This document shows, one piece after another, positions 1-7,208 of a stretch of DNA of 32,000 nt. The notes under the pieces are model-generated. The model was not told the origin of the DNA. It made no database searches and was given only the letters and a program-made list of their open reading frames with translations. Position numbers and translations under genes: made by a program. This DNA comes from an uncultured Chloroflexia bacterium (GTDB lineage: Bacteria > Chloroflexota > Anaerolineae > Anaerolineales > Anaerolineaceae). The stretch covers positions 3,180,001-3,212,000 of the forward strand of contig OY969938.1 of the NCBI GenBank assembly GCA_963704755.1. Direction: 5' to 3'. Position 1 is the stretch's first letter; each line of letters starts with the position of its first letter.

Positions 1-1041
1 GGCGGCGTAGAGCAGAGCGATGGTGTTCTTCCAATCGTCCAGGCGGGCGACCAGCACGGGGGTGTGGGCATAACGGCCCGGCACTGAAACGGATACGCTG
101 GGAATGCCGGCCAGGCGCTTGTGAATAGCGCCGGCATCGGTGCCGCCACCGCCGGGTTGGCGCAACTGGTAGGGAATGCCCAATTCGTCGCCGGTACTGC
201 TCAGCAAATGGATCAGGCGCGGGTCGGAGAGGGTGCTCGAATCGGCCACGTAGATGGCCGGCCCGGCGTCCAGGCGGGTGTTATAGCGCAGGTTCTCTTC
301 GCCGTCCCAGTCCGGCAGGTCGTTGGCCGGGGTGGAATCCACGGCGATGGCCAGGTCGGGGTTGAGTGCATAAGCCGCCGCCCCCGCGCCGCGCAGTCCC
401 AGCTCTTCCTGGACGGTAAAGGCGACACACAGTTCGATATTCTCGGGTGCGTTCTTGAATAATTCGATCAAGGTGGCCACACCCAGACGGTTATCCAGGG
501 CCTTGCCGACCAGGCTGGGCCCGGTCTGCTTGAAGCGGGTGGCAAAGGTGGCCCGGTCGCCCGGTCTGACTTTTTTGGCGTTTTCCTCGCCCAAGTCGAT
601 GCGCAGGTTCTCGAGCTGGATGGCGTTGGTGCGCTCATCCGCGCTGGTCAGGTGGATCGGCCGCGCGCCGATCACGCCCGGCAGGTGGTCTTTGCCAACC
701 AGGACGACCTTGCCGACCAACTGGCGCACGTCGATGCCGCCGATGGTCTCGAATTTGAACCAGCCGCCGTCCTCGTCTTCCACCAGCATGAAGCCGACTT
801 CGTCCATATGGGCGGCCAGCATCACCCGCAGTGCGCTGGCTTTCTTAGCTTTTTTCACGGCCAGCACGTTGCCCATCGCATCGGTCTCGATCTGGTCGGC
901 GTAGGGCTTGACCTGTTCCAGGACGATCTTGCGCACTTCGCGCTCGTCGCCCGAGACGGCCACGGCGTTCGAGAGCCGTTCGAGCAGCTCGATCTGGCCC
1001 TGGCCGAACTCCGGGAAGGAGGGTTTGTTCGTCTTTGGCAT
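1..1041 (-). CDS. M42 family metallopeptidase (FrvX/TET-type aminopeptidase), 3' end runs off the window
   Basis: Absent from the ORF track because it is open at the window edge. My minus-strand translation from ATG 1041..1039 reads MPKTNKPSFPEFGQGQIELLERLSNAVAVSGDEREVRKIVLEQVKPYADQIETDAMGNVLAV...LAAHMDEVGFMLV...DNRLGV...FTVQEELGLRGA...GRYAHTPV. It is a paralogue of the next gene and has the M42 metal-ligand motifs. GGAGG lies 7 nt upstream. The frame stays open to position 1. Confidence 0.85.
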   Translation of the reverse strand, partial: MPKTNKPSFPEFGQGQIELLERLSNAVAVSGDEREVRKIVLEQVKPYADQIETDAMGNVLAVKKAKKASALRVMLAAHMDEVGFMLVEDEDGGWFKFETIGGIDVRQLVGKVVLVGKDHLPGVIGARPIHLTSADERTNAIQLENLRIDLGEENAKKVRPGDRATFATRFKQTGPSLVGKALDNRLGVATLIELFKNAPENIELCVAFTVQEELGLRGAGAAAYALNPDLAIAVDSTPANDLPDWDGEENLRYNTRLDAGPAIYVADSSTLSDPRLIHLLSSTGDELGIPYQLRQPGGGGTDAGAIHKRLAGIPSVSVSVPGRYAHTPVLVARLDDWKNTIALLYAA

Positions 1042-1043
1042 GG

Positions 1044-2141
1044 CTATTCCTCCTCGTCCCAGCGGATTTTATCCAGGCTTTCGGGCTGCAAGCCGGCGAT
1101 AAAGGCCGCCAGCAGGCGCCCGGCCCGTTCGATGTCTTTGAGGGAAATGATTTCAACCGGGGTATGCATGTAGCGCAAGGGGATACCGACCACGGCGGTG
1201 GGGAAGCCGGCCGCCACGATCTGCATGGCGTAGGCGTCGGTGCCGGAGTGGCGGGCCATGACTTCGGTCTGGTAAGGCAGGTCCAGCTTTTCGGCAGTTT
1301 CTTTCAGCATTTTGAACAGCGCCGGGTGGATGTTGGGCCCCCAGGCAATAGTGGGGCCTTTTCCCAGCGGGAAAGTGCGGTAATCGTTGGGCCCGCCCGG
1401 GCCTTTGCCAAAGGTGACGTCGATGGCGATGGCGATATCGGGCTGGAGATCGAAAGGTGAGGTCAGCCCGCCGCCCAGGGTTACTTCTTCCTGGACGGTA
1501 GCGACCGCCCAGACGTCCCAGGCGTGCTGCATGCCTTTAAGGGCCTGCAAGCAGGCGGTGACGGCGGTCACCGAGGCGCGGTTGTCCATGGTATGACCGG
1601 CTAAATAATCATCCGAAAGGCTGATCGGTTCCTGGGCGAAAGAGATCAAGTCGCCGACATGGACCAGGCCGGCCAGTTCCGCAGCCGGCAGGCAGGTATC
1701 GACCAGCAGGTGCTTGATTTCCACGGCCTGGCGGGAGGTGTAGTCCACCGGCAGCAAATGGGCCGGCGGCTGGACGACCACGGCGGGCAGGTCGCGCTGG
1801 CCGTGTACGATCACTTCCAGGCCGGGCAGGATGCGCGCGTCGATACCGCCGACGCTGGTAAAACGCAGCCAGCTACCCTCGATCCCGGTCACCATCATGC
1901 CGATGGCATCCATATGGGCGGCCAGGAGGATGCGCGGGCGCGGATCGGTGCCGCCGCCTTTTTTGAGGGCGTGGATGCTCCCCAGCCGGCCGGTGTAGAG
2001 GTCATCCACCAGGGGTTTCCAGACATCGGTGATCACACTGCGGACCGGGTCTTCGTAACCGCTCAGTCCGGGCAAGGTGATCAAACTCTTGATTACATCT
2101 TTGATCTCGGTCATGGGTTGAAAAAGCTTTCGTTCGCTCAA
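1044..2141 (-). CDS. M42 family metallopeptidase (aminopeptidase/'endoglucanase-like')
   Basis: 365-aa ORF with AAHMDAIG, MDNRAS, VQEEVTLGG and RYMHTPVE motifs typical of M42 enzymes. Its start overlaps the upstream stop as ATGA (2138-2141). Its stop lies 2 nt before the next ATG. Confidence 0.9.
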   Translation of the reverse strand: MSERKLFQPMTEIKDVIKSLITLPGLSGYEDPVRSVITDVWKPLVDDLYTGRLGSIHALKKGGGTDPRPRILLAAHMDAIGMMVTGIEGSWLRFTSVGGIDARILPGLEVIVHGQRDLPAVVVQPPAHLLPVDYTSRQAVEIKHLLVDTCLPAAELAGLVHVGDLISFAQEPISLSDDYLAGHTMDNRASVTAVTACLQALKGMQHAWDVWAVATVQEEVTLGGGLTSPFDLQPDIAIAIDVTFGKGPGGPNDYRTFPLGKGPTIAWGPNIHPALFKMLKETAEKLDLPYQTEVMARHSGTDAYAMQIVAAGFPTAVVGIPLRYMHTPVEIISLKDIERAGRLLAAFIAGLQPESLDKIRWDEEE

Positions 2142-2584
2142 GGAGTTGGAGTTTCAGTTTCAGAAACGACGACCGCCGTCGCAGTAGCGGTATTGGTGGG
2201 GATGGGAACAGGCGTGTTGGTGGGCGGTGGTGGTGGGGACGGCGTCGTGGAGGCTGTCGGCGTGAGCGTGGAGGTAGCGGTGTGGGTCGGTGTGTGCGTG
2301 GGCGGGACAAACAACGTGAACGTCATGGTTGGCGTCCAGGTAATCGTTGGGGTAAAGGTGATCGTATTGGAGGGGATCACAAACACGGTCTCCGTGGGGC
2401 TCATCGAGGGAGTTGCCGTCTCGGTCAGGACTGTGGCCGAGGCCGTGGGCGTTTGGGTAGGCTTGCGGGCCTGCTGACCTAATTCAAATACGACCAACCC
2501 GACGCAGTAACAGGGCAGGGTAGCCAGGATGATGAAGATCAAGATGGAACGAATGCGTGCGCGCCGCTCAGCCCGGACGGCCAT
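2138..2584 (-). CDS. Membrane-anchored Thr/Pro-rich low-complexity protein (hypothetical)
   Basis: 148-aa ORF with GGAGG 7 nt upstream of ATG 2584. It has an Arg-rich N-terminus, one hydrophobic helix (ILIFIILATLPCYCVGLVVF) and then a T/P-rich tail. No recognisable domain. Confidence 0.7.
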   Translation of the reverse strand: MAVRAERRARIRSILIFIILATLPCYCVGLVVFELGQQARKPTQTPTASATVLTETATPSMSPTETVFVIPSNTITFTPTITWTPTMTFTLFVPPTHTPTHTATSTLTPTASTTPSPPPPPTNTPVPIPTNTATATAVVVSETETPTP

Positions 2585-2654
2585 CAGGTGTCCTCCATTC
2601 AGGTTTTCTCATCATAACATTATGCGTTGGATGTGACAAGGTGAGGTGGAAGGG

Positions 2655-2729
2655 GGATAGAAATACCGAAATTATGGTGTTTGAGGAGGCGTAGCCTCCT
2701 CAAACACCATAATTTCGGTATTTCTATCC
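2655..2729. repeat. Perfect 36-bp-arm palindrome (P1), central GTA
   Basis: GGATAGAAATACCGAAATTATGGTGTTTGAGGAGGC gta GCCTCCTCAAACACCATAATTTCGGTATTTCTATCC. The right arm contains the VWA gene stop codon (2724-2726). No U-tract follows on the transcribed strand. Confidence 0.9.
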
Positions 2730-3521
2730 AATACTGCCAGTATTCATCTCTTGCCGCACGGTCTGGTAGAGCGATTCGGCGCGCAGTTCGGTGAGCGAAT
2801 AGCAGGGGGCTTCCAGGTGTTCGGCCAGCGCCTGGGCCAGGCCCTGGTCGAAGGCCAGGTGTTCCATGTTGATGACCACACAGTGAGTATGCCCCTCGGC
2901 GATCTGGTGGGCGATGCGGTAAGCCTCCTCCTGCGGGGGCAGCGAGCCGACCGAGACGTTGCCGGCGCCATCGGTCAAAACGATCAACAGTGGCATTACG
3001 TCCGGGTGGAGCAGTTTTTCGCGGTCGATCACCGCGTGGGCCAGCCCCAGGCCGGCCGAAAGGGGTGTCTTGCCGCCGACAGGGATATCCGCCAGGGCGC
3101 GCTGGGCCAGCAGGACCGAGTTGGTCGGGCGCAAGACCAGCGTGGCGCGGTCCTTCTGGAACACGATCAGCCCAACCCGGTCGCGGCGCTGGTAAGCGTC
3201 GGTCAAAAGCGAGAGAATGGCCCCCTTGGTGGCCTGCATTCGTTCGGCGACGGCCATCGACCAGGAGGCATCCACCAGGAACAAAATCAAATTGGAAGCG
3301 CGGCGCACGCGCACCTTGCGCATGTAATCGGAAGAATGGACCGAAAATGCGACCTTCTTGCGGTCCTCGAGACGCTGGTTTTGAAATGGCGCGGCTGCGC
3401 GCAGGGTCGCGTCGAAAGCCAGGTCGTCGGGTTTGCCGGCGGATGGGCGCGATTGCACATAGCGGCCACGTTTACGCTCGGTATGAGTGCGCGAGCGCCG
3501 TCCGGCAGCCCGCCGCACCAT
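2724..3521 (-). CDS. VWA-domain protein resembling the C-terminal half of Mg/Co-chelatase subunit D (ChlD/BchD)
   Basis: 265-aa ORF with a basic N-terminus (RRSRTHTERKRGRYV). MIDAS-type motifs are present: DASWS (DxSxS), GGKTPL and LTDGAGN. The start is uncertain. The same frame is open upstream to 3722 with no ATG/GTG/TTG, and ATG 3521 lacks a clear SD. Confidence 0.85.
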   Translation of the reverse strand: MVRRAAGRRSRTHTERKRGRYVQSRPSAGKPDDLAFDATLRAAAPFQNQRLEDRKKVAFSVHSSDYMRKVRVRRASNLILFLVDASWSMAVAERMQATKGAILSLLTDAYQRRDRVGLIVFQKDRATLVLRPTNSVLLAQRALADIPVGGKTPLSAGLGLAHAVIDREKLLHPDVMPLLIVLTDGAGNVSVGSLPPQEEAYRIAHQIAEGHTHCVVINMEHLAFDQGLAQALAEHLEAPCYSLTELRAESLYQTVRQEMNTGSIG

Positions 3522-3649
3522 TTTATCCAGGGGGGTATCCAGGCGGCGCGGGTCGAAGGATTGGCCGATCTTAACGCGTTCGCCACCGTCCCACCACTGG
3601 CCGGTTTGTTGACTAAATACGTCATCCCGCCCAGGTGTGGGTTGACCTT

Positions 3650-3712
3650 GAGGAAGCGTTTCCTGGGCCGCCGCTCCCTCGTTCAGACTTTTTTTTGCTG
3701 GGCCGTTTCCTC
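3650..3712 (-). promoter_or_regulatory. Candidate programmed -1 ribosomal frameshift (or slippage) cassette
   Basis: Read on the minus strand, the elements are: GAGGA (3712-3708), an 11-nt gap, the slippery run A AAA AAA G (T8 at 3689-3696 on the plus strand), an 8-nt spacer, and a 9-bp stem GAGGGAGCG/CGCTTCCTC (3680-3672 pairing with 3658-3650, one G.U, 13-nt loop). The zero frame stops at 3685-3683. The -1 frame continues into the VWA ORF. Confidence 0.4.
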
Positions 3713-4801
3713 TTCGATTGGATCAGACTCTTCGGACCGGCTGCCGGTGCTGCTGCCACCCTGGAGCTGTTCGATGCGGTCTTGCAGCTCCTCCATGGTC
3801 ACTTCCTCTTGCTGGAAGGGCCCGCGGCGAATGCGGTGCGGCAGGGCCAGTTCGGCGGCCAGGGCGATATCCCGCCCGTTGATGGCCGTGCGTCCTTCGA
3901 AGGCGGCCTGGGCGCGGGCGGCTTTGAGTATCACCAGGTCGGCGCGGTGGCCATCCACCTGCAGCGAGGAGGTCAATTGGGCAATCGAGAGCAGATCACG
4001 GCTGGCGTAAGTTACTTTTTCGATCAGCGCACGTGCCTTGTCAATGCGCTGGGAGAGGTCGTTTTCGTGAGGCAGCCATTCTTCGCGGAAGTGTTCCGGG
4101 TTGGCCTCGTAGGCCAGGTTGCGCTCCATAATTTGGACCCGTTCGCGGGCATCGCGGATCCCATAGATTTCGACCGAAAGAGCAAAGCGGTCCAGCAACT
4201 GGGGACGCAGGTCGCCTTCTTCGGGGTTCATGGTGCCGACCAGGATGAAACGGGCCGGGTGGCTGAAAGAGATGCCCTCGCGCTCGACGATGTTCATGCC
4301 CATGGCAGCCGAATCGAGCAGCACATCTACCACATGGTCGTCCAACAGGTTGACCTCGTCGATGTACAGCAGGCCGCGGTTGGCGGCCGCCAGAACGCCG
4401 GCGTCGAAATGGCGCTCGCCTTTCTGGATAGCTTTTTCGATATCCAGAGTACCGACCACGCGATCTTCGGTGGCCGAGATAGGCAGGTTGATGAAGGGGG
4501 TTGAGCGGATGCTGACCGGCAGTTCCTCGCCGCGGGCCACTCGTTCTTTACACTCGGTGCACAAGGCGTTCGGGTTGTCCGGGTCGCAGCCAAAGCGGCA
4601 GTCTGCCACCACCTTGACGCTGGGAAGCAAAGCCGCCAGGGCGCGCGCGGCCGTCGATTTGGCCGTCCCGCGCTCGCCGCGGATCAGCACACCGCCAATA
4701 CGCGGGTCAACCGCGTTCAATACCAGGGCGCGTCGCATGCGCTCCTGGCCAACAATTGCAGTAAAGGGATAGATCACAGGCATAGTCGTGTCGTCATCCA
4801 A
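3683..4801 (-). CDS. ChlI/BchI-type AAA+ ATPase (Mg- or Co-chelatase subunit I family)
   Basis: Matches ChlI end to end. Motifs include IYPFTAIVGQERMRRALVLNAVDPRIGGVLIRGERGTAKST (Walker A), LYIDEVNLLDDH (Walker B), VEREGISFSHPARFILVGTMNPEEGDLRPQLLDRF and VDGHRADL. It also has an acidic C-terminal extension. The track start at 4801 is TTG; ATG at 4783 (MPVIYPF) is an alternative. Confidence 0.93.
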   Translation of the reverse strand: MDDDTTMPVIYPFTAIVGQERMRRALVLNAVDPRIGGVLIRGERGTAKSTAARALAALLPSVKVVADCRFGCDPDNPNALCTECKERVARGEELPVSIRSTPFINLPISATEDRVVGTLDIEKAIQKGERHFDAGVLAAANRGLLYIDEVNLLDDHVVDVLLDSAAMGMNIVEREGISFSHPARFILVGTMNPEEGDLRPQLLDRFALSVEIYGIRDARERVQIMERNLAYEANPEHFREEWLPHENDLSQRIDKARALIEKVTYASRDLLSIAQLTSSLQVDGHRADLVILKAARAQAAFEGRTAINGRDIALAAELALPHRIRRGPFQQEEVTMEELQDRIEQLQGGSSTGSRSEESDPIEEETAQQKKV

Positions 4802-5015
4802 TGAGATTTACCTGAGATTGTATACCAGGCGAATAGAAGTTTATCACAGGCAAAAGAAAGGTGCAAAGAATAGGTGTTGGGTGTCATGGACGTGATTCGG
4901 TTTGGTGGGTTATGCGCTCCTCTATTATAAAGTTCGCTATCCTATAGGTGCTTGCATTTCTGGACCTTGCCCGCATGCGGGCTTGGTTTCCACATCGCCG
5001 CGTCTCCCCACCGGT

Positions 5016-5348
5016 GGCAGCTTAAGCTGCACCTATGAAAGCACGAAGACCCACCTTCGTGGGTCTCCCTTTTGGTAAGAGCCGATTGCACGGCCGAGAT
5101 TATGGCCGGCCGGCGTTTTCTCGGGTTTGGAAACCCGAGCTACCCATTCCAAACGTTTAAAGCTACCCGCGACCCTGGTCACTCACGTAGCCCGGCTTTC
5201 GAAGCCGGGGAAACGCCTGGTATATGCATCTCTGTGGTAGAAAACCAGGTTTTTAACTAAGGTGCAAAATAACCGTGCTTTGACCGGCGCCGCGAAAGCA
5301 CGCGCTATGCCCTCACCCCAACCCCTCTCCCAGAAACGGGAGAGGGGC
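5016..5348. repeat. Modular hairpin-repeat cluster, copy 1 (modules A, B, C)
   Basis: Module A (5016-5069): GGCAGCTTAAGCTGCACCTATGAAAGCACGAAGACCCACCTTCGTGGGTCTCCC. Module B (5187-5249): GTAGCCCGGCTTTCGAAGCCGGGGAAACGCCTGGTATATGCATCTCTGTGGTAGAAAACCAGG. Module C (5310-5348): CCCTCACCCCAACCCCTCTCCCAGAAACGGGAGAGGGGC. All three recur at 21668-22070. Confidence 0.85.
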
Positions 5349-5363
5349 TAAGAAGGGTGGTTT

Positions 5364-5405
5364 ACAGCTAATCGCTAACAGCTAACAGCTAACAGCTAAC
5401 CGCTA
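5364..5405. repeat. Heptanucleotide tandem repeat, 6 units (ACAGCTA x4 plus 2 variants)
   Basis: ACAGCTA ATCGCTA ACAGCTA ACAGCTA ACAGCTA ACCGCTA. The last unit contains the LCP gene stop codon (TAG, 5405-5403). Confidence 0.9.
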
Positions 5406-6851
5406 AAAACTCCCCACCGCATCTTCGCCCAGGTAAACGACCAGGTCGGCTTCCGGCTGCGAGGTGATTTGGACGTAAATCTCGCTGTTATGGATTTTGA
5501 AGATATCGATCAGCCGGCGCAGGGTGAAGGGCTCGTCGCTCTGGTCGATCACGCGGGTCAGGGGGCGGGTTTGTGTGCCGGCCGTCACTTTGACCACGTT
5601 CAAGCCGGTGCTTTGCAAATAAGCGGCCGCTTTCTGGCCCAACCCAGGGCTGCCGCTCTCGTCGATAATCTCGATGCGGGCGTTCTCGGACGTGACGCGG
5701 TCCGGCTCGCTCATGCCATTGGTCACGCCGGGCGTGCTGGAGGTGAAAACCTGGTTCATCACGGCCTGGATCTGGCTCCAGTTGGGCAGCAAGATATCCT
5801 CCCCGTCGGCCGATTTGGCCGGAGTCACGGCCGGGGGGCCGATGACGGCGCTGCGGATATTCTCCGGCTGGATCTGCTGGGCCAGCCAGGCCAATTGGAT
5901 GATGTCGCTCAGGCTCATATTGGTGGTCAGCCCGGTCGAAAGCTCGCGATACAGCGCCGGGGCGTGTAAAACCAGGGTCGGCAGCATGCTGAAGCTGAGG
6001 ATGCGGTCGCGGATGGCCAGGATAACCTGCTGCTGGCGGGCCGAGCGGTCAAAATCATCGTTGGCAGTGTAGCGGTCGCGCACGTAGGCCAGGGCGATGT
6101 CGCCGGGCAGGGTGACCCAGCCGGGGTCGAGGGTGACCTTCTTGTCAGAGCCAATCACCGTGACCGTGATGGGCTGTTGGACGTAAATTTTTACGCCGTG
6201 GATCTCGTTGATAAAGTCTTCGAAGGCCGTGAAGTCAATTTTGACGTAGAAATTGATCGGGATGCCGAGGATATGCTCCACCGTGCGGGTGGCCAGCTCG
6301 GGGCCTCCGCCGGGCAGGTTGTACAGCTCGCCAAAACGGTAGGCGGTGTTGATCTTGTTCTCGCCATCGATGCCCGGGATGCTGACCCACAGATCGCGCG
6401 GGATCGAGAGCATGCCGGCGGTCTTGGTGGCCGGGTCAATGGTCAGCAGGATCATGGAATCGGAGCGCGGCGGGCCGGCCCGGTCCGAGTTGGCCCAGTC
6501 GGCGTAATCGACGCCCATGACCAGCACGGTCACGCGGCCTTTGCCATCCCAGGGATCGGGGGTTGGCAGCGCTTCGGTCGGCTGGCTGGTCGCGGTGGGA
6601 TTCGGTGTGGAGGTGGGGGGGAAGGCCGGGCTGGCCGTGGGTGCAACCGGCCCGCTGGGTCCGCCAGGCCCTACCGCGGGCAAATTGGCGGGCGTGGGGG
6701 TGGCCGAATCACGCGCCTGGGGGCTGCAACCGCCCAGCCAGGCGGAGAGAACCAGGACGGCCAGCAGTCCTGCCAGGGTCAACCGGCGCATACCTCTGGT
6801 ATTTGAATTATGTGTTGGGGGTAAACCACCCCTGGGGGAAAGAAATTGCAT
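5403..6851 (-). CDS. LytR-CpsA-Psr (LCP) family glycopolymer transferase with C-terminal LytR_C domain
   Basis: LCP core motifs: VLVMGVDY...RSDSMILLTIDPATKTAGMLSIPRDLWVSIPG...KINTAY. A Pro/Thr-rich linker is present, and the C-terminal region is LytR_C-like. The more likely start is ATG 6791, giving MRRLTLAGLLAVLVLSAWLGGC (signal/anchor with a lipobox-like LGGC). Confidence 0.9.
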   Translation of the reverse strand: MQFLSPRGGLPPTHNSNTRGMRRLTLAGLLAVLVLSAWLGGCSPQARDSATPTPANLPAVGPGGPSGPVAPTASPAFPPTSTPNPTATSQPTEALPTPDPWDGKGRVTVLVMGVDYADWANSDRAGPPRSDSMILLTIDPATKTAGMLSIPRDLWVSIPGIDGENKINTAYRFGELYNLPGGGPELATRTVEHILGIPINFYVKIDFTAFEDFINEIHGVKIYVQQPITVTVIGSDKKVTLDPGWVTLPGDIALAYVRDRYTANDDFDRSARQQQVILAIRDRILSFSMLPTLVLHAPALYRELSTGLTTNMSLSDIIQLAWLAQQIQPENIRSAVIGPPAVTPAKSADGEDILLPNWSQIQAVMNQVFTSSTPGVTNGMSEPDRVTSENARIEIIDESGSPGLGQKAAAYLQSTGLNVVKVTAGTQTRPLTRVIDQSDEPFTLRRLIDIFKIHNSEIYVQITSQPEADLVVYLGEDAVGSF

Positions 6852-6944
6852 GATGCGTTCTTTGTCCTTGCGGATCAGGTCAAAGGGATTCTATCATGCC
6901 TGTCTGAACCATTCAAATGTTGCGGCTGGCGATCGCCCCTCAGG

Positions 6945-7075
6945 TTCTTGCTCCTTCCCCCTTTTAGGGGGAAGGCCGGGATGAGGGTCTGCGCCGGTCG
7001 GCCAGGGCATCTGCGGGCCGGCATCGCCCCTCACCTGGCGTGGGGAAAGAGTGCCTTGCTGCCTGGAGGTTGTTT
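6945..7075. repeat. Solitary partial copy of the ~215-bp repeat unit found at 11378-12170
   Basis: TTCTTGCTCCTTCCCCCTTTTAGGGGGAAGGCCGGGATGAGGGTCTGCGCCGGTCGGCCAGGGCATCTGCGGGCCGGC...GTGCCTTGCTGCCTGGAGGTTGTTT aligns with the array units, including the CCTTCCCCC/GGGGGAAGG hairpin. Confidence 0.8.
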
Positions 7076-7148
7076 TTGATAGGCGTTGTGCCCCCTTTCC
7101 CCGCTTCCCTCCAAATCGGTTTTTGATTTGGAGGGAAGCGCCAGACAA

Positions 7149-7185
7149 ACGAAGACCCCGGCCGATTATCGGCCGGGGTCTTCGT
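7149..7185 (-). terminator. Probable intrinsic terminator of the 7209-7802 gene
   Basis: 17-bp GC-rich stem ACGAAGACCCCGGCCGA tta TCGGCCGGGGTCTTCGT, 24 nt downstream of the stop. On the minus strand it is followed by TTGT (the stem itself ends in T, so the local string reads TTTGT). Confidence 0.6.
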
Positions 7186-7208
7186 TATCGTTTAGGTTTC
7201 AGGTAAGC

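Noticed and set aside
2751-4010. Long antisense ORFs opposite real genes (for example 2751-4010 +, 15631-16590 +, 16419-17438 -, 9162-9803 +, 29493-30392 +).
   Set aside because: These are typical high-GC shadow ORFs. They have Arg/Gly/Ala/Pro-biased composition and no motifs, and each overlaps a strongly supported gene on the other strand.
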